Source of the DNA: Chara braunii
Lineage: Eukaryota > Plantae > Charophyceae
DNA length: 64,000 nt
NCBI GenBank assembly: GCA_003427395.1
Contig: BFEA01000003.1
Location: 7,661,020-7,725,019, forward strand
Reading direction: 5' to 3'
Shown here one piece after another: positions 13,001 through 24,900 of the stretch. Position 1 is the first letter of the stretch; every line of letters starts with the position of its first letter. The notes beneath the pieces are model-generated. The model did no database searches. It saw nothing but the letters and a program-made list of their open reading frames with translations, and was not told where the DNA came from. Made by a program: the position numbers and the translations under genes.

Positions 13001-14174
13001 GAGGGGACATACACAGAAGAAAGGTCCCTTCTTGCACACACACATGGGGAAGGAAACCACAGATGATGACGAGGGGCAAGAGAGAGGAAGATGAAGAGGG
13101 GAGAGAAGACGAGAGTAGAGCTCGTAGTTGTAAAAAAGTCTCCCCATCAAATGTCCAACCAATGCTGTCCTCAAAATGTTGAATCATATCCTGGGCGTTG
13201 AAGGCCTGATAGTAGTCACTGTCTCCTGATGATGATGCCACAAATACTGACCAGCAAAGGTCATGACTCCCCATGCAGGTCACTGCTGAAGGCCGGTCTG
13301 ATGACCGGTATGAAGTCCCAGCTATGGCGCCCAGGTAAGTCTCTCTCTCCATTGTGAGCATGGCCTCCGCCAACCCCTCCCCCCAGCCTACTCCTCCACC
13401 TCCACCAGCACTGGACTCCTCCAGTGGGCAGCCTGGTGGCACACGAATGAAGTGAGAACCTTCCTTACAAGCTACTGGGTCGGCCTCTCCTAAATAGTGC
13501 AGGGCCGGCCTCACACTCAACCCGGCCTCTAATCTGGGCCGTCTGATCAGCCAAGTATCCGCTGAGAGGCTGTGTGGCCAGGCTCTGGCCAGGCTTCCTA
13601 AGGCTGGGAGCCCACTGGCCGGCGGCCTGGAAAAGTTTTTCCGCTGACGTCATTTCGGGACCCCACCACTGCCACCAGGCGCCAGGAACAGTTTTTAGGG
13701 AATGCCTACCTCAATTTCAGACCCCACCACCGTTCTGGAAACACTGTTGACCATGTTTCTACATGGCTGGCGGCTGGAAAAGTCTCCGCCAGAAACCGGC
13801 AGTCTTTTTCCGAAGTCCCCTCCAGCAGGGTAGGGAGGGCAAAGTGCCATCCATTGGCATCAGAGGCCGGCAGGGTGTGGTGCAGTCCACGGGCCTCACA
13901 GACTTCCGGCTGGACCAAGATGAGAGGCACCAGGAGGTAACATGTCTGCTGCACCACGTGGGCCATCCACACTTTCCTTTCCGGGAGGGCCCCCTTGCAG
14001 TTTTCCTAATGTGGCAAGCCTGGCCTTCTCCATAGCCTTGCCAGACGTTGGCAGTGGGGTCGTGTCAAAACATGCCAAGGAGCTTTTCCAGCCGCGGGCC
14101 AGTGGGGTGCAAGCCTAAGCAACCTGGCCAGACTTGAAACCAGTCAGACTTAGAAAACGACAAGCTAAAGTGCG

Positions 14175-14425
14175 GATAAGACACCCCCTGATGCAAAATG
14201 AATACAGGACCCTTAAAGAGGGATGCTGATAAGACACCCCCTGATGCAAAGTAAATACAGGTCTCTTAAACAGAATGCTGATAAGACACCCCCTGATGCA
14301 AAATAAAGACAGGTCTCTTAAACAGAATGCTGATAAGACACCCCCTGATGCAAAATAAATAAAGACAGGTCTCTTAAACAGAATGCTGAAAAGACAGCCC
14401 CTGGCCCAAAAATAAATGCAGGCCT
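14175..14425. repeat. ~52-bp minisatellite, about 4.5 copies
   Basis: Unit gataagacaccccctgatgcaaaataaagacaggtctcttaaacagaatgct at ~14175, 14228, 14280, 14332. Confidence 0.9.
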
Positions 14426-14635
14426 GATGGAACACACGACCAACCGACACGTGGCATTTGCACAGACACACACACAGACACACACAGCGCTTATGAGAAG
14501 GCTAGATCGCCAATCTCTGACGCCTAATACCAATGAAGATAATGGGAAGAGGTGCGTCGATGAGTCATCCCGCCCTTGATACACCATACTTGATGTATCC
14601 ATATATAGAGCTCGAGAAGGCAGAATAGAAAAAAT

Positions 14636-15872
14636 AACAGAACCTTGTGGTCCTGGCTCCTTTTCCATTCTGGGGAGTGTCAGTCCGGTTCGTTTTTTTT
14701 TTCTTTTTTTTTTTTAATAATACAGAACCTCACGGTTCTGGCTCCTACCAATCTGGGGAGCGACAGTCTGGTTCCTATTCCCCCGGCAAATCAATATGGA
14801 ATACATAAAAGACACACACACGCTCCTCCCCATTATGGCTGAGAGGCCCGAGTGGGCGGCATTGATTACTTCCCTAGGGAAGGATATACCACTTCTCACC
14901 CCTGCCTAATCTAGCCTGTGATAACTCTGCCCGCCTATCTGTCTGCAAATCCATAAGGAATACATAAAAGACTCACACACGCTCCTCCCCATTATGGCTG
15001 AGAGGCCCAAGTGGGCAGCATTGATTACTTCCCTAAGGAAGGATATACCACCTCCCACCCCTGCCTAATCTAGCCTGTACTTACTCTGCCCGCCTATCTG
15101 TCTGATCCCAGATCTGCTCCTCTCAGCTATAAAGCTGTCTGATAGCTATGATTATGCAAGGGCATTCTGGAACACTTATGCGCCTTTTGAAACCTCTATA
15201 ACTCTCCAACAGCATTTGCCTTGTTTCTGTCTAAGCCCTAAAAATCTATCTGTTGCCAACCGTCCAGATATAAATTACCTCTCATATACCCCAAAAACTC
15301 TCTATGTTTTCACCCAACTATGACCCTTAACCTCTAAGCCCTTCCTTCTATTCTTAACCCTGAACCACTTCCTTCTAAACCCTAAACCCGACTTTCCCTT
15401 ATTTGGGTGCCCTTCCCCCTTTCGTTCTTCCCTGTAGTTCTATGTCCAGATAGGAATTACCTCTCCTATACCCCAAAAACTCTCCCTGTTTTCACCCAAC
15501 GCGTCAGTCCGGTTCCCTTTTTTTTATTCCTTTCCTCTTCTTCTTCTTCTTTTTCTTTTCAATCTTCTCCTCATTCCCTTCTCCTCTCTTCTCTCCCCCC
15601 CCCCTTTTTTTTTTTTTTTCCCCCTTTTACCCTACTTAGCTTGAAATACTCCATCCCTTGTCTTCTCTTATCTCGAAAAACAGGGAGAGTTTAAATGTTG
15701 TAGTCAGCATCAGTCCAGTTCCTATTACACCGGCACATCAAAAACAGATACAAAGCTCACACAACTCCAATGCTTCTCCTCATTATGGTTGAGAAATCTG
15801 AGTGGTTGGCATTGATTACTTCCAATTGGAAGGATGTACTTCCTCTCTCACCCCTGCCCAAGTAAGTTAGCT
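14636..15872 (-). mobile_element. Nested stack of non-LTR retroelement 3' ends (repeat family A plus two inserts with TSDs)
   Basis: Family A (acagaacc...ctggctcc...cagtccggttcctatt...cattatgg...gcattgattacttcc...cccctgcc) is split at gtcagtccggttc. Inserts 14692-15502 and ~15517-15706 each start with a T-tract. Related copies at ~16030-16140, 21121-21295 and 43647-43712. Confidence 0.8.
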
Positions 15873-18419
15873 TTTTTTGAGGTATCGCTTGAGCCTTTTT
15901 TTTTTCCTAGCCTACCTACCTCGGTCTCCGGAACCTCCCTTTCCTTTTTCTTGTTATGAAGGATGTGCTCTCCGCCACCCTGCCAAAATTGTGCTGGAAA
16001 CCAGGTTCAATGTCCCGAGGCGAACATGGAAAACTCACGCAAGTCTTCCTTCCATTATGCTTGAAGGACCCTGAGACAGCGGGGGGTATTGATTGCCCCT
16101 TTTGAAAGGACATTGTACCTCTGCTCTACCCCTGCCTATTGTTAAGACTTATCCTTACATCCTCCTGTCTGACTCACTTTCTTCCTCCCTGCTGTGCCGT
16201 GTCCCGAGCCTGAGGCCCATTGCAGCCAAGTCCCCCTAGTGGAGCTTGTGAGGAACTGTCAGTACCGCACCTAAGGTCCCGTCTATCTCTGCCCCTTTAC
16301 GGATCCTACCTGTCTTGTTACCCTAGCCCCGTCCCTTCCTTGCCCTGTCTCACTACTTAGAAACCTTGTCATTCATCTACTGCTCAGTGCTGCTGGACCT
16401 CCCTTTTTTTTTTTTTTTTTTTTTAACAAACCGGGCCCAGTGCCCAAGGCTGATATTACCAATAAGAAGATTAAGGCCGTACACACCCAGGTAAAAACAG
16501 AAATAACAGTCCACTGGAGAAAGACAAAGGGGGAGATGGATAGCAAACCTGACAAAGCACAAGACATTCTAGTAAGAGAATATCAAACTACCGTCTTCAG
16601 CCGAATATAACGCCCAGTCATTATAGTCGTATTTGGGGCCATTTTCTGTCCAGATGCAGCGATTATGACTGGGCGTTCTATTTGGGTGAAGACGGTAGTC
16701 ACCTACCTGCAGGTAGAATCCCACGTATCCGTGTGGCCGGAAGCTCAGTGGGTGGAGCACCAGTTGCAAATGCGCGTTGTGGTATAAGGTTGTGGGTTCA
16801 AAACTCAATTGCAGCCTCGCACATGGACACCGGCAGGTGTTGACAACGCACAGCCATTTGCACACTTCATCCCTTTGGGCTGATGCATGGTAAGGATTAC
16901 AGACACTGCCTGCGCACCAGCCAAGGGGTTTAGTCCATGGTTGTAGTATGCTGGTAGCGGGCCTTGGGGGAGGGCTGTTCGAGTGGTTGGCCTTGGTTGG
17001 TCCGACGAGTGTGCGTGCGTGTGTGTGGGCTGTGTGTGGTGTGTGGTTCAATGATCTCTGGGTCATGTCTCATGTACTCACCATGGGCAGGGTAGAGGAG
17101 TTAGGCTGGGGTAGAGGTGTTAGGTTTGGATTAGGTTAGGATAGGAATTTGTGTAGAGATTGTGGGCCGGTCTGTGTGCGCCGCCTCGTTGGCATGCACT
17201 GCTCTGTGGTTGTGTCATGGGTGTGTCTGGGTACAGTAGTGGTTTCCCGGCCTCATGGTACACTCACGAGAGTCCATACCTACATTGTACGATTCTGGTC
17301 CCGGTCTGGCCCCACTCTCTACACCCCCCTTGAGTCGTGGTAAGGGTCGGGTGTTAGGCATATACAATTCCCAAGGGCGGGCCTCATTTCTACCTTACGA
17401 TGCTTGCGGGCTGGGCTTCATCCAGGCTGGTACCTGTCTATGTTCCCGTTGAGGAGGTCGATTGGGGTGTGAATCTGGGGAAGAGTTTCTGGGTAGGGGT
17501 CTCATCTTAGGCAGGGGAGAGTGGGTGGTCGCATAGAAGGGTGGTTAGTCACCCATAGAGTCTGCTAGATGTGATACAGGTGGGGATGAGTCGGATGACC
17601 ACATATCTGTGACCCCTCCTGTGCCTGGGTCGTCCTCGAGAATTCGGGGTGTCCCTGTGGTAGTGCCCAGGGGAACTCTGAGACCCTCGGCAGACGCGGG
17701 TTGGTGCAGGTCTAGGTCTGTAGACAGGTCTAGGTCGCGCCGCTATAGGGCTTGACTTGCGATCTGATTAGGGCAACGAAAAGTTCACGAACGATGCCCC
17801 CTGGAGGAGACTGTCCTTGGGGCTGTCACAACCCATCTGATCTCCCCAATGGTTGAGTATGACGACAGGCACCTCCCGAAGCCTGGCATCCAACCTCTAC
17901 TATGATCTGGACTTTCAAAAACAAAAAAAAAACAAAAACAAATGAAAGATCGCACGTATCCATAAGGGAACAATCATCTTTAACAAGTGGCAGAGAATGA
18001 CAATGACAGTGTTCAGAGCATAGCACACAGCAGAGAGAACAGAGAGAGTCTATAATCTGGCGAGCATGTGACTGACGCATGCAGCAACTTGCTGTACTCA
18101 GGCCCAGCCTCTTTTTCGCAGACCTGCCTTCACTTAGGGTGGGTGGGGGCTTTTCCTGGCTGACCCAGGTGCTGAATCCTCACACAATAGTTCAGTGATC
18201 CATTTTGTCTCAAGTGCCTTAATTTGGGGTTCCAGATCTAGGATACCCAATCCACCTTTTAACAACCCCCCCCAACTCCCCCCCTTGCCCCTTATATATA
18301 CTTAGGATGTGTACGATAAAACTAAGAATCTCCCCAAAACTGATGTATTTACGGCGGGAATTTTACGCCGGTCTAGACGTCCATCTTCTGCTATGTCTCT
18401 TTCAAATCTGTATAGTTCA

Positions 18420-18622
18420 GGCCCTTCAGGGATGCCGGACCCAATTTCCAGCAAGTGCAGCTCCCCACCATTAGATGGAGCCCTCCAACCGGGGACCTCT
18501 TTACAGGGGATGCTCCATCTATTAGTGGGGACCACTTTACAGGGGATGCTCTTATCACCCCGGCAAGTGACAACCCCTTCCATTGAGGTTCTGTTAAAAA
18601 AAGAAAAAAAAAGAAAAAAATT
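18420..18622 (+). mobile_element. SINE-like / LINE 3'-end repeat with A-tail (family B)
   Basis: Similar to 36117-36268 (ggacc..atttccagca.gtgc.gctcc.cacca.tagatggagcc...gatgctcttatcacc); both end in poly(A). Confidence 0.7.
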
Positions 18623-19039
18623 CAAAAATAGGATTTCAGGTGCCATTGGGTAAGACAAACTCGAGTCGTTGGCCCTTATACCTAGAAGCCTTGAGCCACC
18701 ACTAGCTCTCCCTGGCTTTTTCTTTGCCTGAGCTGTATGCACACCGCATAGGGGGTTGGGGCTACAGGATCCCATACTGTTTTTTTCTTTATTTGTTTGG
18801 TGTGCAGCATGATTCCCCACGGGGAAAAGGAGGCTCGGTGGAAGTGGTGGTTTAAGGGCTCTTTCTTCTCTTGCCAAACCATTCCCTCTAGGGTGGATAC
18901 TGGTGTTTTCATGCTTGGCTCTTCTTTGTATCGTTCCAATTTTAACGGATGTCCTGAAGGACTGTTAATCGCCACCCTATTGTTTTGTTCCAGTTGATTC
19001 TCATTTCAGATGCCAATTCAAACGAATCCATTGCTCACA

Positions 19040-19077
<38 letters not shown>

Positions 19078-19123
19078 NNNNNNNNNNNNNNNNNNNNNNN
19101 NNNNNNNNNNNNNNNNNNNNNNN

Positions 19124-19498
19124 TTTTACCCTACTTAGCTTGAAATACTCCATCCCTTGTCTTCTCTTATCTCGAATCCTTCCAAACCGACTACAACATT
19201 TAAACTTTAAACTCTCCCTGTTTTTCGCCTACCACCACGCTTAAACCCTTAAACCTTTCCTGAACTCAGGCTGTTTTCTGCCGGCTACTACCGCCCTTAA
19301 ACCTTAAACCCTTCCTGAATCCGGAGTGTTATCTCTCCCTGTTTTTCACCTACTACCACCCTTAAACCCTAAACCCTCCCTGAACTGAGGCTGTTTTCCG
19401 CCGGCTACTACCACCCTTAATCCTTATACCTTCCTGAACCCGGACTGTTATCCTCCGGCTACAACCCATAAACCTTAAACCCTTCTCTTTCCCCCAGT
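19124..19498 (-). mobile_element. Truncated non-LTR element 3' UTR with ~60-bp internal tandem repeats
   Basis: The first ~53 bp are identical to 15625-15677; repeated ctactacc.cccttaaaccct.aaccc.tcctgaa units. Confidence 0.7.
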
Positions 19499-19514
19499 GC
19501 ATCAGTCTGGTTCC

Positions 19515-21120
19515 TTTTATCCCTTCTGCTTGCTTACAATTACCCGCCCCCCCCTTATAAGCACTTTATCCCTAATCCTCTGTCGTCCCGAATCTTCCCC
19601 AATTCACTGCAACCCTTGACCATAAGCCCTCCCTATTTTCCGCCATTTGCTACTCTTGAAATGTACACCCTCTCCGTTCCACACTGTTCTCCATCTACCA
19701 CACTTCCTCACCCCAATTCTTTCGTAATCGTGCGCAGATACCTCCTATCACGTCATCCCTTTCACCCCCCTCTCCATTCGAACACCAAATGAGCTTCTTG
19801 GACGGCTGCTGCTGCTCCGTTACCTAGTACATTTTGCTTGAAACGTTTCATGATTTCTTCCTCTTTCTCTAGCCATTGACGTATTTGGTTCCTCACTAGT
19901 TTCCACTGGGCCTTGAGATGTGTTTCAGTGAGGGTTAGGAAAATTTCCTTAGCCTCTTGCCTATGCATTGTTGTAGCCTCAATTGTGACTTGACATCGAC
20001 GCTTCCAAATAGTCCAAAGGGCATATTGTCTTATCATCTGGAACATATGTTTCTGAAAAGGTTGTCATTGCTTGGGAACCCTTAAACCCAGCAATAAAGA
20101 AATCTTTGAGTCCGGGAAAGCAATCTCTGTTACTTGGCCCCAGATACCCCTGGCCACTTCCCAGATCGCAGTTGCCTCCTCACATTCAAGTAGGCAATGC
20201 TGCATTGTTTCTGGTATTCCTTCCTGACATACCTTGCATAACTCCTTCTCCCCACTTCTCTGCGTCCGGCTTCTTCGTTGATTAAGCCATACATTCACTG
20301 GGAGTGCCACATGGGCTATTAGCCATTGCATACTCCTGACCGGGCCCAGGCGTATTGCCCCTATGTTTGCCCAAGGAATGTATGTCAGTTGTCCTCTGGT
20401 TACCCCTACCCTCTTTTCCCATCTCTTGAGCAGCATCTGTGTCATGGAGTATGATCGGCTCCTCAATCTATACCCTATTCTTGTGGTGTAGTGTAAGATA
20501 TTTACTCTCCTTGATGTTCCTGTCTGGCCACTTCTGATGTTCCACGCCCATTCCACTGGGTCCACTTCCAGTTCTTCAATTGGTACTGCCGGATTATATA
20601 CCGTAAATATCTCTGTCTCTACCACCCTAACTTTCTGCAAATACTGTTTGAGGATGAATATCGGAGCTTTAGTCGCACTATCCAGTTGGGACGTGGTGAT
20701 GGACGGCTGAGTATTTGATATTTATCTGCTATTAGCCAGTCTGGTCTAGAGGGCTCTGGCCCCCATATCCTAAAGACTTCCTTGGGTTCCTTATCGTCTT
20801 CCCATGTAGCCCAATCCCCCAATCCCCACTGCGTTCCGGCCTGCAACCGAAGCTTCCACTCTTGTGGTTTGGCTCCTAAAACGATTTGCAGATTTTCTTG
20901 TAATTTGTGACATCCTTTCAGATGCCTTCTTAGCTCCGTGAACGTTTTCCACCTCTTCTCTCCTTCTTCCCAGAGATGTTTGACCTGCCATACCCCATGC
21001 TCTAGCCACCTTCCCCACTTCGTGTCTGTTACCGATAGCGTCAGTGGTTTACCCTGTCCATCCTTAATATTTGCATTGCAAAATAATGACTGCCTAAGAA
21101 CTTCCTCCCAAACCAATATG
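19515..21120 (-). mobile_element. 5'-truncated L1/Tx1-like LINE: ORF2 C-terminus with CCHC zinc-binding domain
   Basis: CKVCQEGIPETMQHCLLECEEATAIW and ALWTIWKRRC motifs; VLRQSLF segment resembles VLRQPLF of the adjacent LINE. Confidence 0.88.
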
Positions 21121-21475
21121 CACCGTTCGGTTCCTAGTCCATCACCGTTCGGTTCCTAGTCCATCGGCAAGTCAAAAAGAATACATATGGGGACTCACAC
21201 ACGCCCTTCCCCTTTACGGTAGGAAAGACCAAGGGGCGGCATTGATTACTTCCAGTCAAAAGGATGTACCTCCCCTTACCCCTGCCTAAGTTATCCTGGA
21301 CTACTCTGCTATTTTTATCGAATTTGATTGTTGGGTTCTGGGGCCCTGGAGTCTCTTCTACTTGCAACTGCACGAGCCGCACATTCGTGCGGAGTTCCGT
21401 GCGGAGTACCGGGGGGGTGCCTGTGTGGAATCGTGGAGGTTTTTTATTTTTATTATTATTATTTTAATTTTTTTG

Positions 21476-21920
21476 GGGAGGGGGGACAAGGGGGTGTATG
21501 ACAGGAAGATGGGGATATGGCGAGGAGAGGGGGATATGGAGAGGAGGAGGATGTGGACGAAGAGGACAATGAGGATAGTGAGGACGACGAGGAAGAGGAG
21601 TCGGGATGGGGAAGGAGAAGAGATGGGTGGAGGGAAAAGAGGAAGGGCAGGAGGAGGAGGAGGACGATTGGGAGGAGGAGGAGACATGGACGGCGAGGAA
21701 GGGGAGGAAGGGGAGGACACGAGGAAGGGGAGGACACGAGGAAAGGAAGAAGACGAGGAGGCATGGAAGATGAGGAAGGGCAGGAGGAGGAGGAGACAAG
21801 GAGGATGAGGAAGGGCAGGAGGAGGAGGACGAACAGGTGGAGGACGAGTCGGAGGAGACGAATAGGAGGGGGAGGAGGAGACATGGAGGATGAGGAAGGG
21901 GAGGAGGAGCAAGGTGAGGC
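21476..21920. repeat. GGA-rich polypurine low-complexity tract
   Basis: Degenerate (GGA)n; lies in the presumed LINE 3' UTR. Confidence 0.85.
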
Positions 21921-24900
21921 GGCACTCCTGTAAATTGTTTTTTCATCCCGCTTATAATTTTGGCGGGGGGCCTCAAACACACCGTTTCGACCCCGGCCTT
22001 CTTTTTTTTCCTGAGGGGGGTAACGGGTCGTTCCCCTCACACGTCGTGTGCCGCACGGGATCGGTTGGGCACGTGCGCCGCACGCCAGGAACCGCCCGCA
22101 CGACGCGCGCTTGCAAGTACAGTTTTAAGGCTTTTAAGATCTATACGCCCTATGGCCGGGGAAATTTGTGTTGGTTCCTCCTGTCTTGAGGTTCTGTTTC
22201 CTCGTGTGTGGGAGGGAACTATTGTGGTTGAGGTGTGTGGGTGGAGGGGAAGTTTGGGGGTAGAAAGCTATGTGAGGGGTGGGCTTTGTGGAGTGGATAC
22301 GGTGGTTCTTGGGGAGATTGTGAGGGGTCGGTGGTAGGTGTTTGGTCAGGGATAGTTGGAGATGGGGTTAGTTATTATGTTGGAAGAGTGAGGATGCTGT
22401 TATTGTATGCAGTGGGAAGGATTAGCCAGTTCTTAAGTGTTAGTGTTATTTTTTATTTGTGTCTAGTTGTCCTGAACCTAGTTTTCGTGATGTGAACTTT
22501 TTAATTATTTCAGCTTTTTTGACAGGTGTGTTACACATTTGTTTTTGGGTTTTTTTCGAAGGACATGTAATTCTATTTCTATAATCTGTTTTATAGTGAT
22601 GACTGGGTTGTCGGTGCTGGTGGGCCGAGCCTCGAAGGTTTTGTTGCATCTTATTTTCCATAATCCCCAAAGGATACCTTTCCTGATTAGGGAGAAGAAG
22701 AATGCCTCAAATCCTTTTAGAGGTGGGTTTTGTTCCATTTCAAGGAAAATTGTGCCAGGGCTTATTGTGATTGGGGTGTTGGAGAGGGTACTCCATGTCT
22801 TCTCTAATTTGTGCCGGAGTTTTCTGGCCTTCGGACAGTCTAAGAAGCAGTGGTTTAGTGTTTCGGGGTCTGTAGATTGCAAACTTTACACCAAGAGTCT
22901 TGTTCTGATCTGTATTCTTTACTACGTCTTTGTGCCAGCCAGTGGTTCACTGGACCTGCTCTAAAGGCGATCAGCCATCTTAGGCTAGCTAGTTTCACTG
23001 GTCTGGTGCAGAAGATTGATGTCCATGGTGGGGATATTTGAGATTCGACTAGTGTGTTCTCTTCTTTTGTCCATCTTTTCTGTAGGGTGTTGGTGATCGA
23101 GTTGGGTTTTGAAAAGAGTCGGTAGCCTAGTTTTGGCTTGAAGTCCGTTAGTTTGTGTATACTTGATATAGAAGAGGTGTTATTAGGAGTGCCCGAGGAT
23201 CATTCTGTTGGATCTATTTCTAGTTCCTGAATACTTGACTGTGGCTTGAAGACCTTGATCCCCTTCCATGATCCTTATTCTTCTCAGAGAACTTATTATG
23301 AATGATGCTTTTGCTCTGCTTTCTTTGTTGAGGTAGCTTATGGGTTACCTGGCTCGTTGAGGATGAAGATGTTGCAGCATATCCATTTTTTGTTTTGGGA
23401 CTAATAAGTTTTGAATTTCAGGACTTCCAATATTGTGTCTGTGTCCGTTTTTACAGCCCAATCGCCATACTGCCATTTATGTTCTGATCTTAGTAGCCGC
23501 CTCCATTCTATTGGAATGCTCTCGATGATCTGATTTATGGATGTTTGGAGGTGGTGGGTGCCCTTCAGTGCTGGCCTCAGGTCTTTCTTTGCTTTCCAAG
23601 TGTTGGAAGTCTCCTCCCATAGGTGTTGGATTTGCCATATTCCTCTTTCTACCCAATGACCCCATTTGGCCTCTGCTGAGGAGAGGGGATAAGGTTCTCC
23701 CTTCTCGTTTTTGATCCAAGGGTTTCACAAAAAGGGGTTGTCTGAGGACTCCGTCTCTTCTTTTGGGACCAATTCTATTTTCTGGGAATATGTATCTCCA
23801 AATGCGAAGAATATGAGCCCAACGAGATTTAGGAGGTTCATTATCATGTGCTCCGTCTAGGAGAGGATGTGAGTTTTGGTTTCTTTTGCTTTTGGGAAGT
23901 GCCCAATGCTTATTGTATATCCTGAAAAGACCTGACATGTTACTCGGGGATTTGAATGGGGCTAGTTCCCTGATGTGGTTAAGGGCGAGGGGAGCCCAGT
24001 GTATTTTATCCTGAAGCAAAATTCTCAGGATCCACTTAACATGGAGGGCTTGGATCTGACAAGCTGGGTCTAGAAGGCCCAATCCTCCTTTGGCTTTAGA
24101 TTGGGTGATTGTTTGCCAAGACACCTTGTGTATGAAGAGATGATTGTCAGGGTTGCCTGACCAGAGGAAGGCCACTGTCCTTTTTCTGATTTGGTTATGG
24201 AAGTCGTCTGGTGGGAACCATATGGAGGTGGCGTACCACATCATGGCTAGAATTGAGTTTTTCACGGTAAGGACTGTGGCTAACAACGATGAGTGTACTC
24301 CTTTCCACGTGTCCATTCTGTTGATCATGGAGGAAAGTACGGAAGCTGTTGATGTGTTATGGCTCCCTTTTGTCGTTAAATTGATTCCTAGGAAACGGAT
24401 CGGGGTGGAAAGGTCTGCCCAGCGCAATCCCTCTGGAGATAGTTCTGTGGGAGGGGGGATTTCCGAGAACCACCATCCATTAGTTTTGGGCCAGTTAACC
24501 TTTCTTTCATAGGCCAATTGGAAGGCTTGCATTGCTTTTGTTAGTGCTTGGAATGATGAGTTGGATGCTCTGATCAAGACTGTGAGGTCGTCTGCAAATA
24601 AGAGAGTGGTAGGGATATGTAAGGGTTGTCCTCTTTCGTCCTTGATGTTCATGAGTCTCTCGATGGATGGGTCCTTTCTTAGGAAGGCTGTTATGGCCTC
24701 CATTACAAAAAAGAAGATTGGTGTTGCTAGTGGGTCACCTTGTCTTACCGATCTTGACATTTTGTACGGGTTGGAGAGAAAGCCATTGATCTGTACAATT
24801 CCCTGGGCTTCATTGTATAGTATCCTTACCCATTTCCTGAAAATTGGGCCAACACCCATTTTCTCCATGCTGGGTTGGAGAAAATCCCAGTTGACCTGAT

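Noticed and set aside
15850-15870. U1 snRNA-like 5' end (minus ACTTACTTGGGCAGGGG)
   Set aside because: The similarity is short, absent from other family A copies, and no U1 loops or Sm site follow.
19240-19480. Interstitial telomere repeats (AAACCCT)
   Set aside because: Only isolated units inside a ~60-bp UTR repeat, not a telomeric array.
21358-22040. Pro-rich / Glu-Arg-Gly-rich ORFs
   Set aside because: All frames are open because of the GGA low-complexity tract.
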